Origin: Firmicutes bacterium UBA3943
Lineage (GTDB): Bacteria > Bacillota > UBA4882 > UBA10575 > UBA3943
Length of the DNA stretch: 64,000 nucleotides
Assembly: GCA_002385625.1 (NCBI GenBank)
Contig: DGDV01000021.1
Location: 5,474-69,473 of the forward strand
Reading direction: 5' to 3'
Part shown: positions 1-10,850 of the stretch, one piece after another
Layout of the letters: the number at the start of each line of letters is the position of its first letter
How positions within the stretch are numbered: the first letter of the stretch is position 1
Program-made: the position numbers and the translations under genes
Notes under the pieces: model-generated
Database searches by the model: none
What the model was told of the DNA's origin: nothing
What the model saw: the letters and a program-made list of their open reading frames with translations, nothing else

Positions 1-101
1 AGATGAATCCGAGAGGGACCCGTATCTTCGGACCTGTCGCCCGTGAATTGCGGGAACGGGATTTTATGAAGATCGTCTCCCTAGCTCCTGAGGTTCTATA
101 G
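1..101 (+). CDS. rplN: 50S ribosomal protein L14, 3' end (partial, runs off window start)
   Basis: Frame starting at nt 3 reads [32 protein letters not shown] and stops at TAG 99-101. This matches the conserved L14 C-terminus. It lies directly upstream of rplX as in the spc operon. Confidence 0.9.
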   Translation, partial: MNPRGTRIFGPVARELRERDFMKIVSLAPEVL

Positions 102-131
102 GTAACGTCAGTTGGGAGAGGAGGTCGGAAC

Positions 132-455
132 GTGGGCGCGAAAACGCATTTGAAAAAGGGCGATGAGGTCATCTTGTTGGCCGGTAAGGATAAGGGGCGC
201 AAAGGCAAGATCCAACGCGTACTTCGTCCTGAAGGCGCAGTTATCATTGAAGGTTTAAATCTTGCGAAGAAACATGCCAAACCCACCAAGACCAATCCCC
301 AAGGTGGGGTCATCGACAAAGCCATCCCGGTTCCCATGGGGAAAGTCATGATAGTATGCAGTGGTTGTAACCAGCCAACCCGCATCAAACGGGATCGGGC
401 CAGCGACGGCACCTTGGTACGGGTCTGTAAGAAATGTGGGCGGACCTTAGACTAA
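132..455 (+). CDS. rplX: 50S ribosomal protein L24 (with C-terminal CxxC...CxxC pairs)
   Basis: 107-aa ORF with a KOW motif (KKGDEVILLAGKDKGRKG) and GGAGG upstream of a GTG start. Order L14-L24-L5. C-terminus contains CSGC...CKKC. Confidence 0.95.
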   Translation: MGAKTHLKKGDEVILLAGKDKGRKGKIQRVLRPEGAVIIEGLNLAKKHAKPTKTNPQGGVIDKAIPVPMGKVMIVCSGCNQPTRIKRDRASDGTLVRVCKKCGRTLD

Positions 456-476
456 GGCTGAGAGGAGGTGCGACCT

Positions 477-1019
477 GTGTCGCGATTGCGGGAAAAGTAT
501 AATCAAGAAATTATTCCGGCATTGAAGAGCCGTTTTGGCTATAAGAACGTGATGCAGATTCCCAAGCTAGAAAAGATCGTTATTAACATGGGTGTTGGGG
601 AAGCAACCGCGGATGCCAAGGCCATTGATGCGGCGGTTAATGATCTGACCCAGATCGCCGGGCAACAACCTGTGGTAACACGGGCGAAGAAGTCCATCGC
701 CGCTTTTAAGGTTCGGACCGGTATGCCCGTTGGTTGCAAGGTCACATTGCGCGGTGAACGGATGTACGAGTTCATGGACAAACTGATCAACCTGGCGTTG
801 CCGCGTATCCGCGACTTCCGCGGGGTTTCTCCGAAAGCCTTTGACGGTCGTGGTAACTACACTTTGGGGATCAGGGAGCAATTGATCTTCCCGGAGATTA
901 ACTACGACAAGGTTGATAAGATTCGCGGGATGGACATTGTGATTGTTACCACGGCAAAAACCGATGAAGAGGCATATGAGCTTTTGAAGCTGTTTGGTAT
1001 GCCTTACCGGGCTTCCTAG
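477..1019 (+). CDS. rplE: 50S ribosomal protein L5
   Basis: ORF 468-1019. GTG at 477 ([16 protein letters not shown]...) is better spaced from the GAGGAGG at 462-468 than GTG 468. Typical L5 sequence. Confidence 0.93.
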   Translation: MSRLREKYNQEIIPALKSRFGYKNVMQIPKLEKIVINMGVGEATADAKAIDAAVNDLTQIAGQQPVVTRAKKSIAAFKVRTGMPVGCKVTLRGERMYEFMDKLINLALPRIRDFRGVSPKAFDGRGNYTLGIREQLIFPEINYDKVDKIRGMDIVIVTTAKTDEEAYELLKLFGMPYRAS

Positions 1020-1038
1020 GAAGAGGAGGTAGGCAAAG

Positions 1039-1224
1039 ATGGCAAAGACATCAATGAAGATTCGCGCCAGCCGGCCGATGAAGTACGCGGTTCGTAAGTA
1101 CAACCGGTGTAAGATCTGCGGGCGGCCCCGGGCGTATATGCGTAAGTTTGGCATGTGCCGGATTTGCTTCCGTAATCTCGCCCTGCGCGGGGAGATTCCG
1201 GGAGTGACCAAGGCCAGTTGGTAA
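1039..1224 (+). CDS. rpsN: 30S ribosomal protein S14 type Z (zinc-binding short form)
   Basis: 61 aa with CKICGRP...CRICFR (Cys4). Position between L5 and S8. Confidence 0.95.
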   Translation: MAKTSMKIRASRPMKYAVRKYNRCKICGRPRAYMRKFGMCRICFRNLALRGEIPGVTKASW

Positions 1225-1243
1225 GGAAGGAGGCTATGGTGAC

Positions 1244-1639
1244 ATGGTCATGACAGACCCCATTGCCGATATGCTGACGCGGATTCGCAACGCGAACGTG
1301 GTGCGCAGCAAAATGGTGGAAGTTCCTTCTTCAAAGATCAAGCAAGAATTGGCGAGGATCTTGAAAGAGGAAGGTTATATCGAAGATTATGAAGTCGTGG
1401 AAGACGGAAAACAAGGTGTTATCCGTATCCATTTGAAGTACACGGGTAAGGATCGGGTCATCACGGGTCTGAAACGGATCAGCCGTCCGGGCCTTCGGGT
1501 TTATGCCGGTAAAGATGAGATTCCCCGTGTGTTGGGCGGATTAGGCACGGCAATTCTCTCTACTTCCCAAGGGATTATGACGGACAAAAAAGCCCGCAGT
1601 CAAGGAATCGGAGGAGAAGTGCTCTGCTACATTTGGTAA
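1244..1639 (+). CDS. rpsH: 30S ribosomal protein S8
   Basis: Starts [17 protein letters not shown], the hallmark S8 N-terminus. Confidence 0.96.
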   Translation: MVMTDPIADMLTRIRNANVVRSKMVEVPSSKIKQELARILKEEGYIEDYEVVEDGKQGVIRIHLKYTGKDRVITGLKRISRPGLRVYAGKDEIPRVLGGLGTAILSTSQGIMTDKKARSQGIGGEVLCYIW

Positions 1640-1678
1640 TCAGTTTATTACCGCGCTGAAGAACGGGGGTGTTAAAGG

Positions 1679-2218
1679 ATGTCGCGAATTGGACGGAAGC
1701 CCATTACAGTCCCAAGCGGTGTTCAAGTGACCATCGACGGGAACACTGTGAAGGTAAAGGGCCCTAAAGGTGAATTGGCACGGGAGATTCATCCCGATAT
1801 GAAATTGGTTAGTAAAGACGGGGTGCTGGAGGTTGAACGTCCCTCCGATGAGAAGTTTCACAAAGCGCTCCATGGTTTAACCAGGACTCTGGTGGCCAAT
1901 ATGGTTGAAGGCGTGACCAACGGTTTTAGCAAAGAGCTTGAGATCAACGGGGTAGGTTACCGCGCTGCAATGCAAGGGAAAAAGTTGGTTTTGAATATGG
2001 GTTATTCTCATCCGGTGGAAATTGAACCCATGGAAGGGATAACCGTTGAGGTCCCCGCTGCGAATAAGATTATTGTTAAGGGCGCCGATAAACAAACGGT
2101 GGGGCAGATGGCTGCGATTATTCGCGCGGTGCGTCAACCTGAACCTTACATAGGCAAAGGGATTAAGTACGCTAACGAAGTAATCAGACGGAAGGCCGGC
2201 AAATCCGGTAAGAAGTAA
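1679..2218 (+). CDS. rplF: 50S ribosomal protein L6
   Basis: Starts [17 protein letters not shown]. 179 aa. Operon position. Confidence 0.96.
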   Translation: MSRIGRKPITVPSGVQVTIDGNTVKVKGPKGELAREIHPDMKLVSKDGVLEVERPSDEKFHKALHGLTRTLVANMVEGVTNGFSKELEINGVGYRAAMQGKKLVLNMGYSHPVEIEPMEGITVEVPAANKIIVKGADKQTVGQMAAIIRAVRQPEPYIGKGIKYANEVIRRKAGKSGKK

Positions 2219-2243
2219 GTCCGGGTAAAGGGAGTGGAAAAGA

Positions 2244-2615
2244 ATGATTCAGCGTCCTAATCGAAAGGAAGCCCGTGTTCGGCGGCATATTCGCCTGCGG
2301 AAGAAGATCCAAGGGACAGCCGAGCGTCCGCGGTTGAGTGTTTTTCGCAGCTTACATCATATCTATGCCCAGATTATTGATGACACCGCAGGTCGCACTC
2401 TGATCTCCGCCTCCACCCTGGACCCTGAAGTTAAAGCTGCATTGCCCGGCGCAACCAATAATAAAGAAAGCGCTAAGATTGTCGGGAAAATTGTGGCTGA
2501 ACGGGCAAAAGCCAAGGGGATTACGAAAGTCGTCTTTGACCGGGGCGGACAGATCTATCACGGTCGTGTCGCGGCGCTGGCCGAAGCTGCGCGCGAAAAC
2601 GGCTTGGAATTTTAA
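2244..2615 (+). CDS. rplR: 50S ribosomal protein L18
   Basis: 123 aa, ...[20 protein letters not shown]...[27 protein letters not shown]. Confidence 0.96.
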   Translation: MIQRPNRKEARVRRHIRLRKKIQGTAERPRLSVFRSLHHIYAQIIDDTAGRTLISASTLDPEVKAALPGATNNKESAKIVGKIVAERAKAKGITKVVFDRGGQIYHGRVAALAEAARENGLEF

Positions 2616-2632
2616 GGCGAGGAGGGATAGCA

Positions 2633-3133
2633 TTGAAGCGCGTTAACCCGAATGGACTGGAATTAACCGAAAAAGTGGTACACATCAACCGTGTGGCAAA
2701 AGTTGTCAAGGGTGGCCGCAGGTTCAGCTTCAGCGCCCTCGTTGTTGTCGGCGACGGGAACGGACACGTTGGGGCTGGTCTGGGCAAAGCCAGCGAGGTT
2801 CCGGAGGCAATTCGCAAAGGCGTGGAAGATGCCAAGAAAAATCTTATTGAAGTGCCGCTGCTTAATACAACAGTACCTCACCCCATTGAAGGCAGGTTTG
2901 GCGCCGGTAAGGTTTTATTAAAGCCCGCAGCTCCCGGTACGGGTGTGATCGCGGGTGGTCCGGTCCGGGCAGTCCTGGAACTGGCCGGTATTCGGGATAT
3001 CCTCACCAAGTCGCTGGGTTCGGCCAACCCCATTAACATGGTGAATGCCACTATGGAAGGGTTAAAGAACATGAAGCGTGCCGAGGATGTCGCGAAACTC
3101 CGCGGAAAAACCGTGCAAGAGATCGTCGGCTAG
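2633..3133 (+). CDS. rpsE: 30S ribosomal protein S5
   Basis: TTG start. Contains [30 protein letters not shown]. 166 aa. Confidence 0.96.
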   Translation: MKRVNPNGLELTEKVVHINRVAKVVKGGRRFSFSALVVVGDGNGHVGAGLGKASEVPEAIRKGVEDAKKNLIEVPLLNTTVPHPIEGRFGAGKVLLKPAAPGTGVIAGGPVRAVLELAGIRDILTKSLGSANPINMVNATMEGLKNMKRAEDVAKLRGKTVQEIVG

Positions 3134-3144
3134 GAGGGAAGAAC

Positions 3145-3348
3145 ATGCCCAGAAAAAAGGCTGCTGTTGAAAAACAGTTGAGTATTACATGGAAACGCAG
3201 TGCCATCGGGCGTCCAGAGGACCAAAAGGCGACTATTGCCGCTTTGGGTCTGCGCCGGCTCAATCAAACTGTTGTCAAACAGGATAATCCGGCAATCCGT
3301 GGCATGATTGAAAAAGTAAAACATTTGGTTGAAGTCACCGAAGGGTAA
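3145..3348 (+). CDS. rpmD: 50S ribosomal protein L30
   Basis: 67 aa, ...[30 protein letters not shown]. Between S5 and L15. Confidence 0.93.
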   Translation: MPRKKAAVEKQLSITWKRSAIGRPEDQKATIAALGLRRLNQTVVKQDNPAIRGMIEKVKHLVEVTEG

Positions 3349-3360
3349 GGAGGTGCCTAC

Positions 3361-3801
3361 GTGAAATTACACGAGTTGCAACCGGCACCCGGTGCGAAAA
3401 CTTCTCCCAAGCGCGTCGGTCGTGGAATTGGTTCCGGACTTGGCAAAACATCGGGGAAGGGTCATAAGGGTCAAAAAGCCCGCTCCGGGGGAGGAAAAGG
3501 TCCTGCTTTTGAAGGTGGTCAGACACCTTTGCAAAGACGTCTGCCCAAAAGAGGTTTCACCAATATTTTCGCCAAGGAATATGCCGAGGTGAATGTGGAA
3601 CAACTTAACCGTTTTGCCGACGGGACCGAGGTAACTCCGGAACTGTTGAAGCAAAGCGGAATTGTAAAGAATCTCAAAGACGGCGTAAGAATTTTAGGTC
3701 AGGGAGAGCTATCCAAACGCTTGACGGTTAAAGCCAATGGTTTCACCAAGTCGGCAGTGGCCAAGATCGAAACAGCCGGCGGAAAAGCCGAGGTGATTTA
3801 G
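3361..3801 (+). CDS. rplO: 50S ribosomal protein L15
   Basis: Starts [43 protein letters not shown]. Confidence 0.96.
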   Translation: MKLHELQPAPGAKTSPKRVGRGIGSGLGKTSGKGHKGQKARSGGGKGPAFEGGQTPLQRRLPKRGFTNIFAKEYAEVNVEQLNRFADGTEVTPELLKQSGIVKNLKDGVRILGQGELSKRLTVKANGFTKSAVAKIETAGGKAEVI

Positions 3802-5052
3802 GTGCTGGAATCAATTAAGACAGCGCTTAAGCTCCCGGATCTCCGGAAGAAGCTTTTATGGACTGTGGCGTTACTCGCCATCTTTCGCCTGGGGGTGCAT
3901 ATCCCTGTTCCTGGTATGACGCCCATCCAGGCCGGACAAAATAACATCTTCGACCTGCTGGATCTTCTGGGTGGGGGCGCATTGAGGCGGATGTCCATTT
4001 TCGCTCTGAGTGTCAACCCCTATATCACGTCTTCCATCATAATGCAGCTTTTGGCGATGGTCATCCCAAGTTTGGAAGCATTGGCCAAAGAAGGTGCCGA
4101 GGGACGGAAGATCATTTCCCAGTACACCCGCTATGGTACAGTGGTGCTCGGCATTATCCAGGCTGCGGCCCTGACATTTAGTTTCCGCGGCAATATGGTG
4201 GATGCCAGCAATCCCTTTAATTATGTGGTGGTAATCGCCGGTATGACAGCTGGTTCCATCTTCCTGATGTGGGTGGGCGAAGTCCTCTCCGAACGCGGGA
4301 TCGGGAACGGTATTTCCATGCTGATCTTTGCCGGGATCGTTGCCAGGTTGATGCCTGAAACGATCGCTACCGTCAAATCTCTGGGGCAAGGCGGCGTAAG
4401 CTTCTTTAACTTGCTTTTGTTCATTGCCGTTTCGATTGTGGTGATTTACGGCGTGGTGAAAGTAACCGAGGGCGAGCGGCGGATTCCTGTCCAGTACGCC
4501 AAAAGAATGGTGGGCCGCCGGATGTATGGCGGACAGTCCACCCACCTGCCGTTGCGGGTGAATATGGCCGGTGTTATTCCGGTGATCTTCGCCTCTTCGG
4601 TGCTGGCATTTCCGTCGACATTAGCGCCGCTCTTTAAACAAGGTAGTTTCATGTTTAGAGTGTTAAGCGTCTTTAACCCCGGTCATCCAGTGTATCTGGT
4701 GTGTTATGCCATCTTCATCTTTTTCTTCACCTACTTCTATACCGCGGTTACCTTCAACCCGGTAGAAGTATCCAATAACTTGAAGAAATATGGCGGCTTC
4801 ATTCCGGGAATTCGTCCTGGACGCTCAACCGCCGAATATTTGGATCGTGTCTTGACACGAATTACCCTGGTTGGTGCCTTCTTCCTGATGTGCGTATCAT
4901 TGCTGCCGTATCTCCTGGCTGTTTTAACTCCGGGCGTAAGGATCGGCTTTGGTGGTACTGCCCTGCTGATTGCAGTTGGTGTGGCGATTGATACCATGAA
5001 GCAGATTGAAGCCCACTTGCTGATGCGGCAATATGAGGGATTCTTAAAGTAA
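3802..5052 (+). CDS. secY: preprotein translocase subunit SecY
   Basis: 416-aa polytopic membrane protein. GTG start abuts the rplO stop. Typical SecY motifs (SIFALSVNPYITSSIIMQLL). Confidence 0.96.
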   Translation: MLESIKTALKLPDLRKKLLWTVALLAIFRLGVHIPVPGMTPIQAGQNNIFDLLDLLGGGALRRMSIFALSVNPYITSSIIMQLLAMVIPSLEALAKEGAEGRKIISQYTRYGTVVLGIIQAAALTFSFRGNMVDASNPFNYVVVIAGMTAGSIFLMWVGEVLSERGIGNGISMLIFAGIVARLMPETIATVKSLGQGGVSFFNLLLFIAVSIVVIYGVVKVTEGERRIPVQYAKRMVGRRMYGGQSTHLPLRVNMAGVIPVIFASSVLAFPSTLAPLFKQGSFMFRVLSVFNPGHPVYLVCYAIFIFFFTYFYTAVTFNPVEVSNNLKKYGGFIPGIRPGRSTAEYLDRVLTRITLVGAFFLMCVSLLPYLLAVLTPGVRIGFGGTALLIAVGVAIDTMKQIEAHLLMRQYEGFLK

Positions 5053-5060
5053 GGAGCGAC

Positions 5061-5705
5061 ATGATGAAGAACCTGATTCTCTTAGGGCCTCCGGGCGCGG
5101 GAAAAGGAACGCAGGCCGAAAGGTTGACTGCCGCCTATAAGGTACCGCACATCTCCACCGGTGATATCTTCCGGGCGGCGATCAAGGAAGGAACCCCCTT
5201 GGGCCTGAAGGCGAAGAGTTATATGGACGCCGGCGAACTTGTTCCGGACGAAGTAGTCATCGGAATTGTGGCGGACCGTTTGAATGAAGCCGACTGCCGG
5301 GAGGGCTTTCTCCTTGACGGCTTTCCAAGGACAATTCCGCAGGCCGATGCCCTGGACACTTATTTAAAAGATCGTCCCGTCACACGGGTGATCAATATTG
5401 CAGTGGATCCGGAACTCTTGGTTAAGCGGCTGTCCGGGCGCCGCATCTGTCGGAATTGCCAAACGCCGTACCATGTGGAGACCAAACAGGAAAAGATCGC
5501 CGGTCAGTGCGATCTGTGCGGCGGCGAACTCTTTCAGCGGGATGACGACCGGGAAGAGACCATCCGGAAACGCTTGGCGGTCTACCAAAGCCAAACCGAA
5601 CCCTTGATTCGTTACTATCAAGAGAAAGGGCTCCTTTTGACCGTTGATGGCAGCAAGTCCATTGAAGAGGTCTGGATGGAGATTCAAAAGGGTTTGGAGG
5701 CATAG
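5061..5705 (+). CDS. adk: adenylate kinase (Cys4 zinc lid type)
   Basis: P-loop GPPGAGKGTQ. Lid motif CRNC...CDLCGG. 214 aa. Confidence 0.96.
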   Translation: MMKNLILLGPPGAGKGTQAERLTAAYKVPHISTGDIFRAAIKEGTPLGLKAKSYMDAGELVPDEVVIGIVADRLNEADCREGFLLDGFPRTIPQADALDTYLKDRPVTRVINIAVDPELLVKRLSGRRICRNCQTPYHVETKQEKIAGQCDLCGGELFQRDDDREETIRKRLAVYQSQTEPLIRYYQEKGLLLTVDGSKSIEEVWMEIQKGLEA

Positions 5706-5710
5706 GTTAG

Positions 5711-6496
5711 ATGATCGTACGAAAATCCGCCCAAGAAGTCGCACGGATGCGTAAGGTCGGCCAAGTGGTGGCCAGTATCTTGTGTCAACTGGCGCGGGAG
5801 GTCAAACCGGGAGTTACCACCGGACAATTAAATAAGTTGGCGGAGGATCTCTGTAAGCAAAGGGGTGTTATACCGGCATTCAAGGGTTATAACGGTTTTC
5901 CTGCCGGGCTGTGCGCCTCCGTTAACGAAGTGGTTGTGCATGGTATCCCGGGGGCCTTGCAATTAAAGGCCGGCGACATCATTGGACTGGACTTTGGCGT
6001 GATCTTGGAGGGATACTACGGCGATGCCGCGCTGACGGTTCCGGTGGGTGAGATTGCCCCTGATGTGCAAAGACTTTTGCAAGTTACCAAAGAAGCGCTT
6101 CATCTGGGGATAGCCCAAGCCCGTCCCGGGAATTGGGTCTCAGATATCTCAAGAGCCATCCAGAACCATGTGGAGACAAACGGATTTTCCGTTGTCCGGG
6201 AGTTCGTGGGGCACGGCATCGGTCACGCGATGCATGAGGAACCGCAAATTCCGAATTTTGTTGCACCGCTGTCGGGTTATGACTGCAAGTTAAAATCAGG
6301 TATGACCCTTGCCATTGAGCCCATGGTGAACATGGGAAGTTATCAGGTAACCATTGATCCCATCGACCACTGGACGGTCCGGACCATAGATCGTAAATAC
6401 TCTGCCCATTTTGAGCACACGGTTCTTGTCACCGACGGCGATCCGGAGATTCTAACGGTTCTTCCGGCCCCGGAGGAGAGTGAGTGGAGTTGGTAA
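5711..6496 (+). CDS. map: type I methionine aminopeptidase
   Basis: 261 aa. Metal-ligand context VVHGIPG, DFGV..GYYGD, GHGIG, EPM. Confidence 0.94.
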   Translation: MIVRKSAQEVARMRKVGQVVASILCQLAREVKPGVTTGQLNKLAEDLCKQRGVIPAFKGYNGFPAGLCASVNEVVVHGIPGALQLKAGDIIGLDFGVILEGYYGDAALTVPVGEIAPDVQRLLQVTKEALHLGIAQARPGNWVSDISRAIQNHVETNGFSVVREFVGHGIGHAMHEEPQIPNFVAPLSGYDCKLKSGMTLAIEPMVNMGSYQVTIDPIDHWTVRTIDRKYSAHFEHTVLVTDGDPEILTVLPAPEESEWSW

Positions 6497-6801
6497 AGGC
6501 CACAGTGGACGGCTTGCGCCGGGGACAAATGGTTCAGTCTCTGGCGGGGCGGGACCAAGGGCAGCTATATATAATCGTCGGGTTTCTTGAAGACCACCTT
6601 TTGCTCTTGGCCAACGGAAGGGAACGTCCCATAACTCGACCGAAAAAGAAGAACATCCGTCATGTGAAGGTGCTCTTCTGGATAGACCCGTCAATTGAAG
6701 CCAAGTTGAATAACGGGGAAACCGTTACGGATGAGGAGATCAGGAATTCCCTAAACCGTAGGCAAGAAGAGCTTGAGGAGGGGGCGATGATACTTGGGTA
6801 A
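6484..6801 (+). CDS. KOW-domain RNA-binding protein (YbzG-like, between map and infA)
   Basis: 105-aa ORF with the KOW-like segment [20 protein letters not shown]. It occupies the conserved map-infA slot. The start is uncertain (GTG 6484 or 6505). Confidence 0.7.
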   Translation: MELVKATVDGLRRGQMVQSLAGRDQGQLYIIVGFLEDHLLLLANGRERPITRPKKKNIRHVKVLFWIDPSIEAKLNNGETVTDEEIRNSLNRRQEELEEGAMILG

Positions 6802-7012
6802 GCAGGATGTAATCGAAGTGGAAGGTACTGTTGTTGAGCCATTGCCAAATGCGATGTTTCGGGTGGAATTAGCCAATGGCCACCTTGTGCTGGCCCATAT
6901 TTCCGGGAAAATGCGGATGAATTTTATCAAGATTTTACCGGGGGATCGGGTCACAGTGGAACTGTCGCCTTACGACCTGACGCGTGGGCGGATTGTCTAT
7001 CGGTTCAAGTAA
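6794..7012 (+). CDS. infA: translation initiation factor IF-1
   Basis: TTG start after GAGGAGGGGG. Reads [29 protein letters not shown]... Confidence 0.95.
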   Translation: MGKQDVIEVEGTVVEPLPNAMFRVELANGHLVLAHISGKMRMNFIKILPGDRVTVELSPYDLTRGRIVYRFK

Positions 7013-7070
7013 TTGTCGGGTCCCACTTCGTCTCATAAATGTTATGGTCATACCAAAGGAGGTTTTAACC

Positions 7071-7184
7071 ATGAAGGTTCGTCCCTCAGTAAAACCAATC
7101 TGCGAACAATGCAAAATCATCCGCCGGCACGGGCGGGTCATGGTTATTTGCACTAATCCCAAGCACAAACAAAAACAGGGTTAA
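7071..7184 (+). CDS. rpmJ: 50S ribosomal protein L36 (zinc-binding form)
   Basis: [48 protein letters not shown]. Internal ATG of ORF 6984-7184. Confidence 0.95.
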   Translation: MKVRPSVKPICEQCKIIRRHGRVMVICTNPKHKQKQG

Positions 7185-7202
7185 AACGAAGGAGGGAGAA
7201 GG

Positions 7203-7574
7203 ATGGCGCGTATTGCTGGTGTGGATTTACCGCGTGACAAGCGGGTGGAGATCGCCCTTACCTATATTTATGGACTGGGGTTGACCACTTCAAGGGAGAT
7301 CATCGCTAAAACCGGCATCAACCCGGATACACGGGTCCGTGATCTGACGGAAGATGAGATCACCAAGATCAGAGAGGTCATCGACCACGATTATAAGGTT
7401 GAAGGTGACCTGCGGCGGGAAGAAGCCATGAACATCAAACGCTTGATTGAGATCGGCAGCTACCGTGGACTTCGTCACCGGCGCGGACTTCCTGTTCGTG
7501 GTCAAAGGACAAAAACCAACGCCCGGACCCGTAAGGGGCCGAAGAAGACCGTTGGTGCCAAGCGAAAGAAGTAA
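7203..7574 (+). CDS. rpsM: 30S ribosomal protein S13
   Basis: Starts [24 protein letters not shown]. Confidence 0.96.
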   Translation: MARIAGVDLPRDKRVEIALTYIYGLGLTTSREIIAKTGINPDTRVRDLTEDEITKIREVIDHDYKVEGDLRREEAMNIKRLIEIGSYRGLRHRRGLPVRGQRTKTNARTRKGPKKTVGAKRKK

Positions 7575-7591
7575 GAGGGAGGTAGGGAGCC

Positions 7592-7993
7592 ATGGCTACT
7601 AAGACAGCTAGGAAAACCACCCGTACCCGTAAACGCGAGCGCAAGCATGTAGATAGCGGTGTTGCGCATATCTATTCCACCTTTAACAATACCATCGTGA
7701 CCATCACCGATATGCAAGGAAACGTCCTGTCTTGGGCGTCTGCTGGTCACATGGGCTTTAAAGGGTCCCGGAAAAGCACACCCTTTGCTGCGGGCATGGC
7801 TGCGGAATCCGCTGCGAAAGCCGCAATGGAACATGGGATGCGGAATGTCGAGGTGTACGTAAAAGGTCCGGGTGCAGGCCGGGAGACGGCTATTCGTTCC
7901 CTCCAGGCGGCAGGTCTGGAAGTAAACGTGATCAAAGACGTTACACCCATTCCTCATAACGGTTGCCGCCCACCGAAACGTCGGCGGGTGTGA
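7592..7993 (+). CDS. rpsK: 30S ribosomal protein S11
   Basis: Contains ...[30 protein letters not shown]. Confidence 0.96.
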   Translation: MATKTARKTTRTRKRERKHVDSGVAHIYSTFNNTIVTITDMQGNVLSWASAGHMGFKGSRKSTPFAAGMAAESAAKAAMEHGMRNVEVYVKGPGAGRETAIRSLQAAGLEVNVIKDVTPIPHNGCRPPKRRRV

Positions 7994-8035
7994 CCGGTGG
8001 GAAGTTCGTTTTTAACCTAAGGAGGTGTCTGGAAG

Positions 8036-8662
8036 TTGGCAAGATATGTAGGTCCTGTTTGTCGTCAATGCCGCCGGGAAGGGGAAAAACTCTTCCTTAA
8101 AGGCAACCGTTGCATGACGGATAAGTGCAGTATTGTTCGGAGAAGCTATGCCCCGGGTCTGCATGGCCAAAACCGCAAAAAAGTTTCCGAATACGGCTTG
8201 CAACTGCGGGAAAAGCAAAAACTCCGTCGTATTTACGGATTGTTGGAAGCTCAGTTTGAAAACTACTTTGCGCTGGCTGACCGGAAAAAAGGTATTACCG
8301 GTGAGAACCTGTTGCAGATCTTGGAGAGCCGGTTGGATAATGTGGTTTACCGTTTAGGTTTTGGCAGTTCCCGGCGGGAAGCCAGGCAATTGGTGCGCCA
8401 CGGTCATTTCCTGGTTAACGGCAGAAAGGTCAATATCCCTTCGTATCTTTTGAAGGCGGGGGATACGATCAGTCTAAAAGAGAACAGCCTGGGATTGCCG
8501 CGTATCAAGATGTTGCTTGAAGAAATCGCCGACAAAAGTGTTCCCGAGTGGCTGGAATTGGATACCAACAGCTGGACGGGTCGGGTGAAAGCCCTGCCGC
8601 TTCGTGAGCAAATTGATATTCCGGTACAGGAGCATCTCATTGTCGAGCTCTACTCCAGGTAA
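8036..8662 (+). CDS. rpsD: 30S ribosomal protein S4
   Basis: TTG start. [26 protein letters not shown]. 208 aa. Confidence 0.95.
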   Translation: MARYVGPVCRQCRREGEKLFLKGNRCMTDKCSIVRRSYAPGLHGQNRKKVSEYGLQLREKQKLRRIYGLLEAQFENYFALADRKKGITGENLLQILESRLDNVVYRLGFGSSRREARQLVRHGHFLVNGRKVNIPSYLLKAGDTISLKENSLGLPRIKMLLEEIADKSVPEWLELDTNSWTGRVKALPLREQIDIPVQEHLIVELYSR

Positions 8663-8710
8663 TCCTGATAAGCCATGACGATTTAGCATGGTTATAGGGA
8701 GGTTTGGAAC

Positions 8711-9652
8711 GTGATCGAAATCGAAAGACCGAAGATTTCTGTTGAGGTCAATGAAGACCGGTATGGAGTCTTCGTCATCGAACCGCTGGAGCGGGGCTAT
8801 GGTACAACCCTCGGCAATTCGTTGCGAAGAATTCTCTTGTCATCCTTGCCCGGTTATGCTGTAACATCTGTCAAGATTGACGGTGTACTCCATGAATTTT
8901 CCACCATACCCGGTGTGGTTGAGGATACGACCGATATCATCCTTAACTTGAAAGAACTAAGACTGAAGATTCACGGGGACGGTCCCAAATTGGGCCGCAT
9001 CGATGTCCAGGGTGAGCGGGTGGTAACGGGCGCTGATATCCAAGTCAGCAGTGACGTGGAGATCCTGACTCCGGATCTGGTTATTGCCCATGTGGGGAAA
9101 GACGGTCACCTGGCGATGGAAATAACCTTGGACAAAGGTCGGGGGTATGTTTCCGCCGAAAAGAACAAGAGCGCGGAGAATGTGATTGGGGTTATTCCTG
9201 TTGATTCCATCTTTACACCCGTGCAAAAGGTGAACTTCCTTGTAGAACCCACCCGGGTCGGGCAAGTGACTAACTATGACAAGTTGCGATTAGAGGTTTG
9301 GACCGATGGCAGCATCACCCCAAGGGAGGCTGTTTCCCTGGCGGCGAAGATCATGACGGAACACCTGATGCTCTTTGTTAATCTCAGCCAAGAGATGAGT
9401 AACCAAGAGATCATGAAGGATAAGCAAGAAGAGTCCAAAAACAAGGTCCTCGAAATGTCCATTGAAGAACTTGATCTGTCGGTCCGTTCCTATAACTGTT
9501 TGAAACGGGCAGGCATTAATTCCGTCGAGGAACTTACCCGGAAAACCGAGGAGGACATGATGAAAGTCCGTAACCTCGGGCGGAAGTCCTTGGAGGAAGT
9601 AGTTCAGAAATTAAGCGAGTACGGACTCAGTCTCCGGAAATCCGAGGACTAA
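8711..9652 (+). CDS. rpoA: DNA-directed RNA polymerase alpha subunit
   Basis: 313 aa. Contains [20 protein letters not shown] and the C-terminal domain motif [16 protein letters not shown]. Confidence 0.96.
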   Translation: MIEIERPKISVEVNEDRYGVFVIEPLERGYGTTLGNSLRRILLSSLPGYAVTSVKIDGVLHEFSTIPGVVEDTTDIILNLKELRLKIHGDGPKLGRIDVQGERVVTGADIQVSSDVEILTPDLVIAHVGKDGHLAMEITLDKGRGYVSAEKNKSAENVIGVIPVDSIFTPVQKVNFLVEPTRVGQVTNYDKLRLEVWTDGSITPREAVSLAAKIMTEHLMLFVNLSQEMSNQEIMKDKQEESKNKVLEMSIEELDLSVRSYNCLKRAGINSVEELTRKTEEDMMKVRNLGRKSLEEVVQKLSEYGLSLRKSED

Positions 9653-9688
9653 ACGGGCAAGCTTCTAGTGTATAAGGAGGGAATTCGG

Positions 9689-10030
9689 ATGATCCTGCGA
9701 AAACTCGGGCGGCAGGCCGGTCATCGTAAGGCGCTGTTCCGCAATATTGTAACCGCGCTTTTTGCCAACGAGCGGATCGAGACCACCGAAGTCAAAGCAA
9801 AAGAGGTCCGTGCTTTGGCGGAAAAAATGATCACCTTGGCCAAACGCGGGGATTTACATGCTCGTCGTCAGGTGGCAGAGGTAGTGACGGATCCGGCAGT
9901 CGTGCAAAAACTGTTTGATACCATTGCCCAGCGTTATGCGGACCGAAACGGCGGCTATACCCGTATTTTGAAGATTGGGCCCCGGCGCGGTGACGCTGCT
10001 CCGATGGTTCTGTTGGAACTGGTGAAATAA
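9689..10030 (+). CDS. rplQ: 50S ribosomal protein L17
   Basis: ATG 9689 ([21 protein letters not shown]) follows AAGGAGGG. The upstream part of ORF 9668 is unlikely to be translated. Confidence 0.94.
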   Translation: MILRKLGRQAGHRKALFRNIVTALFANERIETTEVKAKEVRALAEKMITLAKRGDLHARRQVAEVVTDPAVVQKLFDTIAQRYADRNGGYTRILKIGPRRGDAAPMVLLELVK

Positions 10031-10031
10031 G

Positions 10032-10850
10032 ATGCAACCCCTGGTGGTCCTGGACAAGATCGTTTTCGGCTATGGCCGGGAAAACGATCAGCCAATTTTT
10101 CACGGCCTCAGCATGGCGTTGAGGCAGGGAGAATTCCGGGCTGTTTTGGGGCCGAATGGCACAGGAAAGTCAACATTAGCCAAGTTGATCTGTGGTATAA
10201 TCCAACCGACTCAGGGCGAGGTTCGTGTGGCCGGGGTTCCGCTGGAGGGCCCTGCAGCATCGAGCCGTCTTTCGTATAGGGTCGGTTTGGTGTTTCAAAA
10301 TCCTGATCATCAAATTATTGCCACCTCTGTTGCGGAAGAGGTGGCTTTTGGTCCATGTAACTTGCAACTTCCCGCTGGTGAAGTAAGGAAACGTGTTCGT
10401 GAGGCGTTGGAAAGATTTAATCTGGAAGGGTTGGCGGAGCACCCGCCCCAGATGCTCTCCGGCGGCGAAAAACGTCGTTTGACGTTGGCGGCTACCTGGG
10501 CCATGCAACCGGATATCTGGGTGCTGGATGAACCCCTTGCCATGCTGGACCCACCGGCTCAGGATGTTACCCTGGAGTTGATCCGGGAGATTCACCGGGA
10601 AGGCAAGACCGTAATCTATTTTGGGCATCGTGTGGACGAGGTCCTGGTGGCCGATCTTGTCTCCGTGCTGTTTAACGGCGGGATTGTCTGGGAAGGAGAG
10701 CCAAGGGAGCTGATCCTTGCCGCCAAGGAGGAATGGGGCTTGACCTTGCCCGAACCGGGGAGAATCTGGCAACAGATCACCGGCGGCAATAGTAATTTTC
10801 CCGTTGCTTCAGTAGAGGAGTTGGTGGCAGCCCTATGGGGATCTACCTGA
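10032..10850 (+). CDS. ecfA1: ECF transporter ATPase component EcfA1
   Basis: Walker A GPNGTGKS, signature LSGGEKRR, Walker B WVLDEP. Canonical rplQ-ecfA-ecfA'-ecfT order. Confidence 0.9.
   Translation: MQPLVVLDKIVFGYGRENDQPIFHGLSMALRQGEFRAVLGPNGTGKSTLAKLICGIIQPTQGEVRVAGVPLEGPAASSRLSYRVGLVFQNPDHQIIATSVAEEVAFGPCNLQLPAGEVRKRVREALERFNLEGLAEHPPQMLSGGEKRRLTLAATWAMQPDIWVLDEPLAMLDPPAQDVTLELIREIHREGKTVIYFGHRVDEVLVADLVSVLFNGGIVWEGEPRELILAAKEEWGLTLPEPGRIWQQITGGNSNFPVASVEELVAALWGST

Noticed and set aside
3871-4545. 224-aa minus-strand ORF within secY, and similar antisense ORFs across the ribosomal operon (e.g. 567-1211, 7502-7957)
   Set aside because: They are antisense to universally conserved genes, so no independent support exists.
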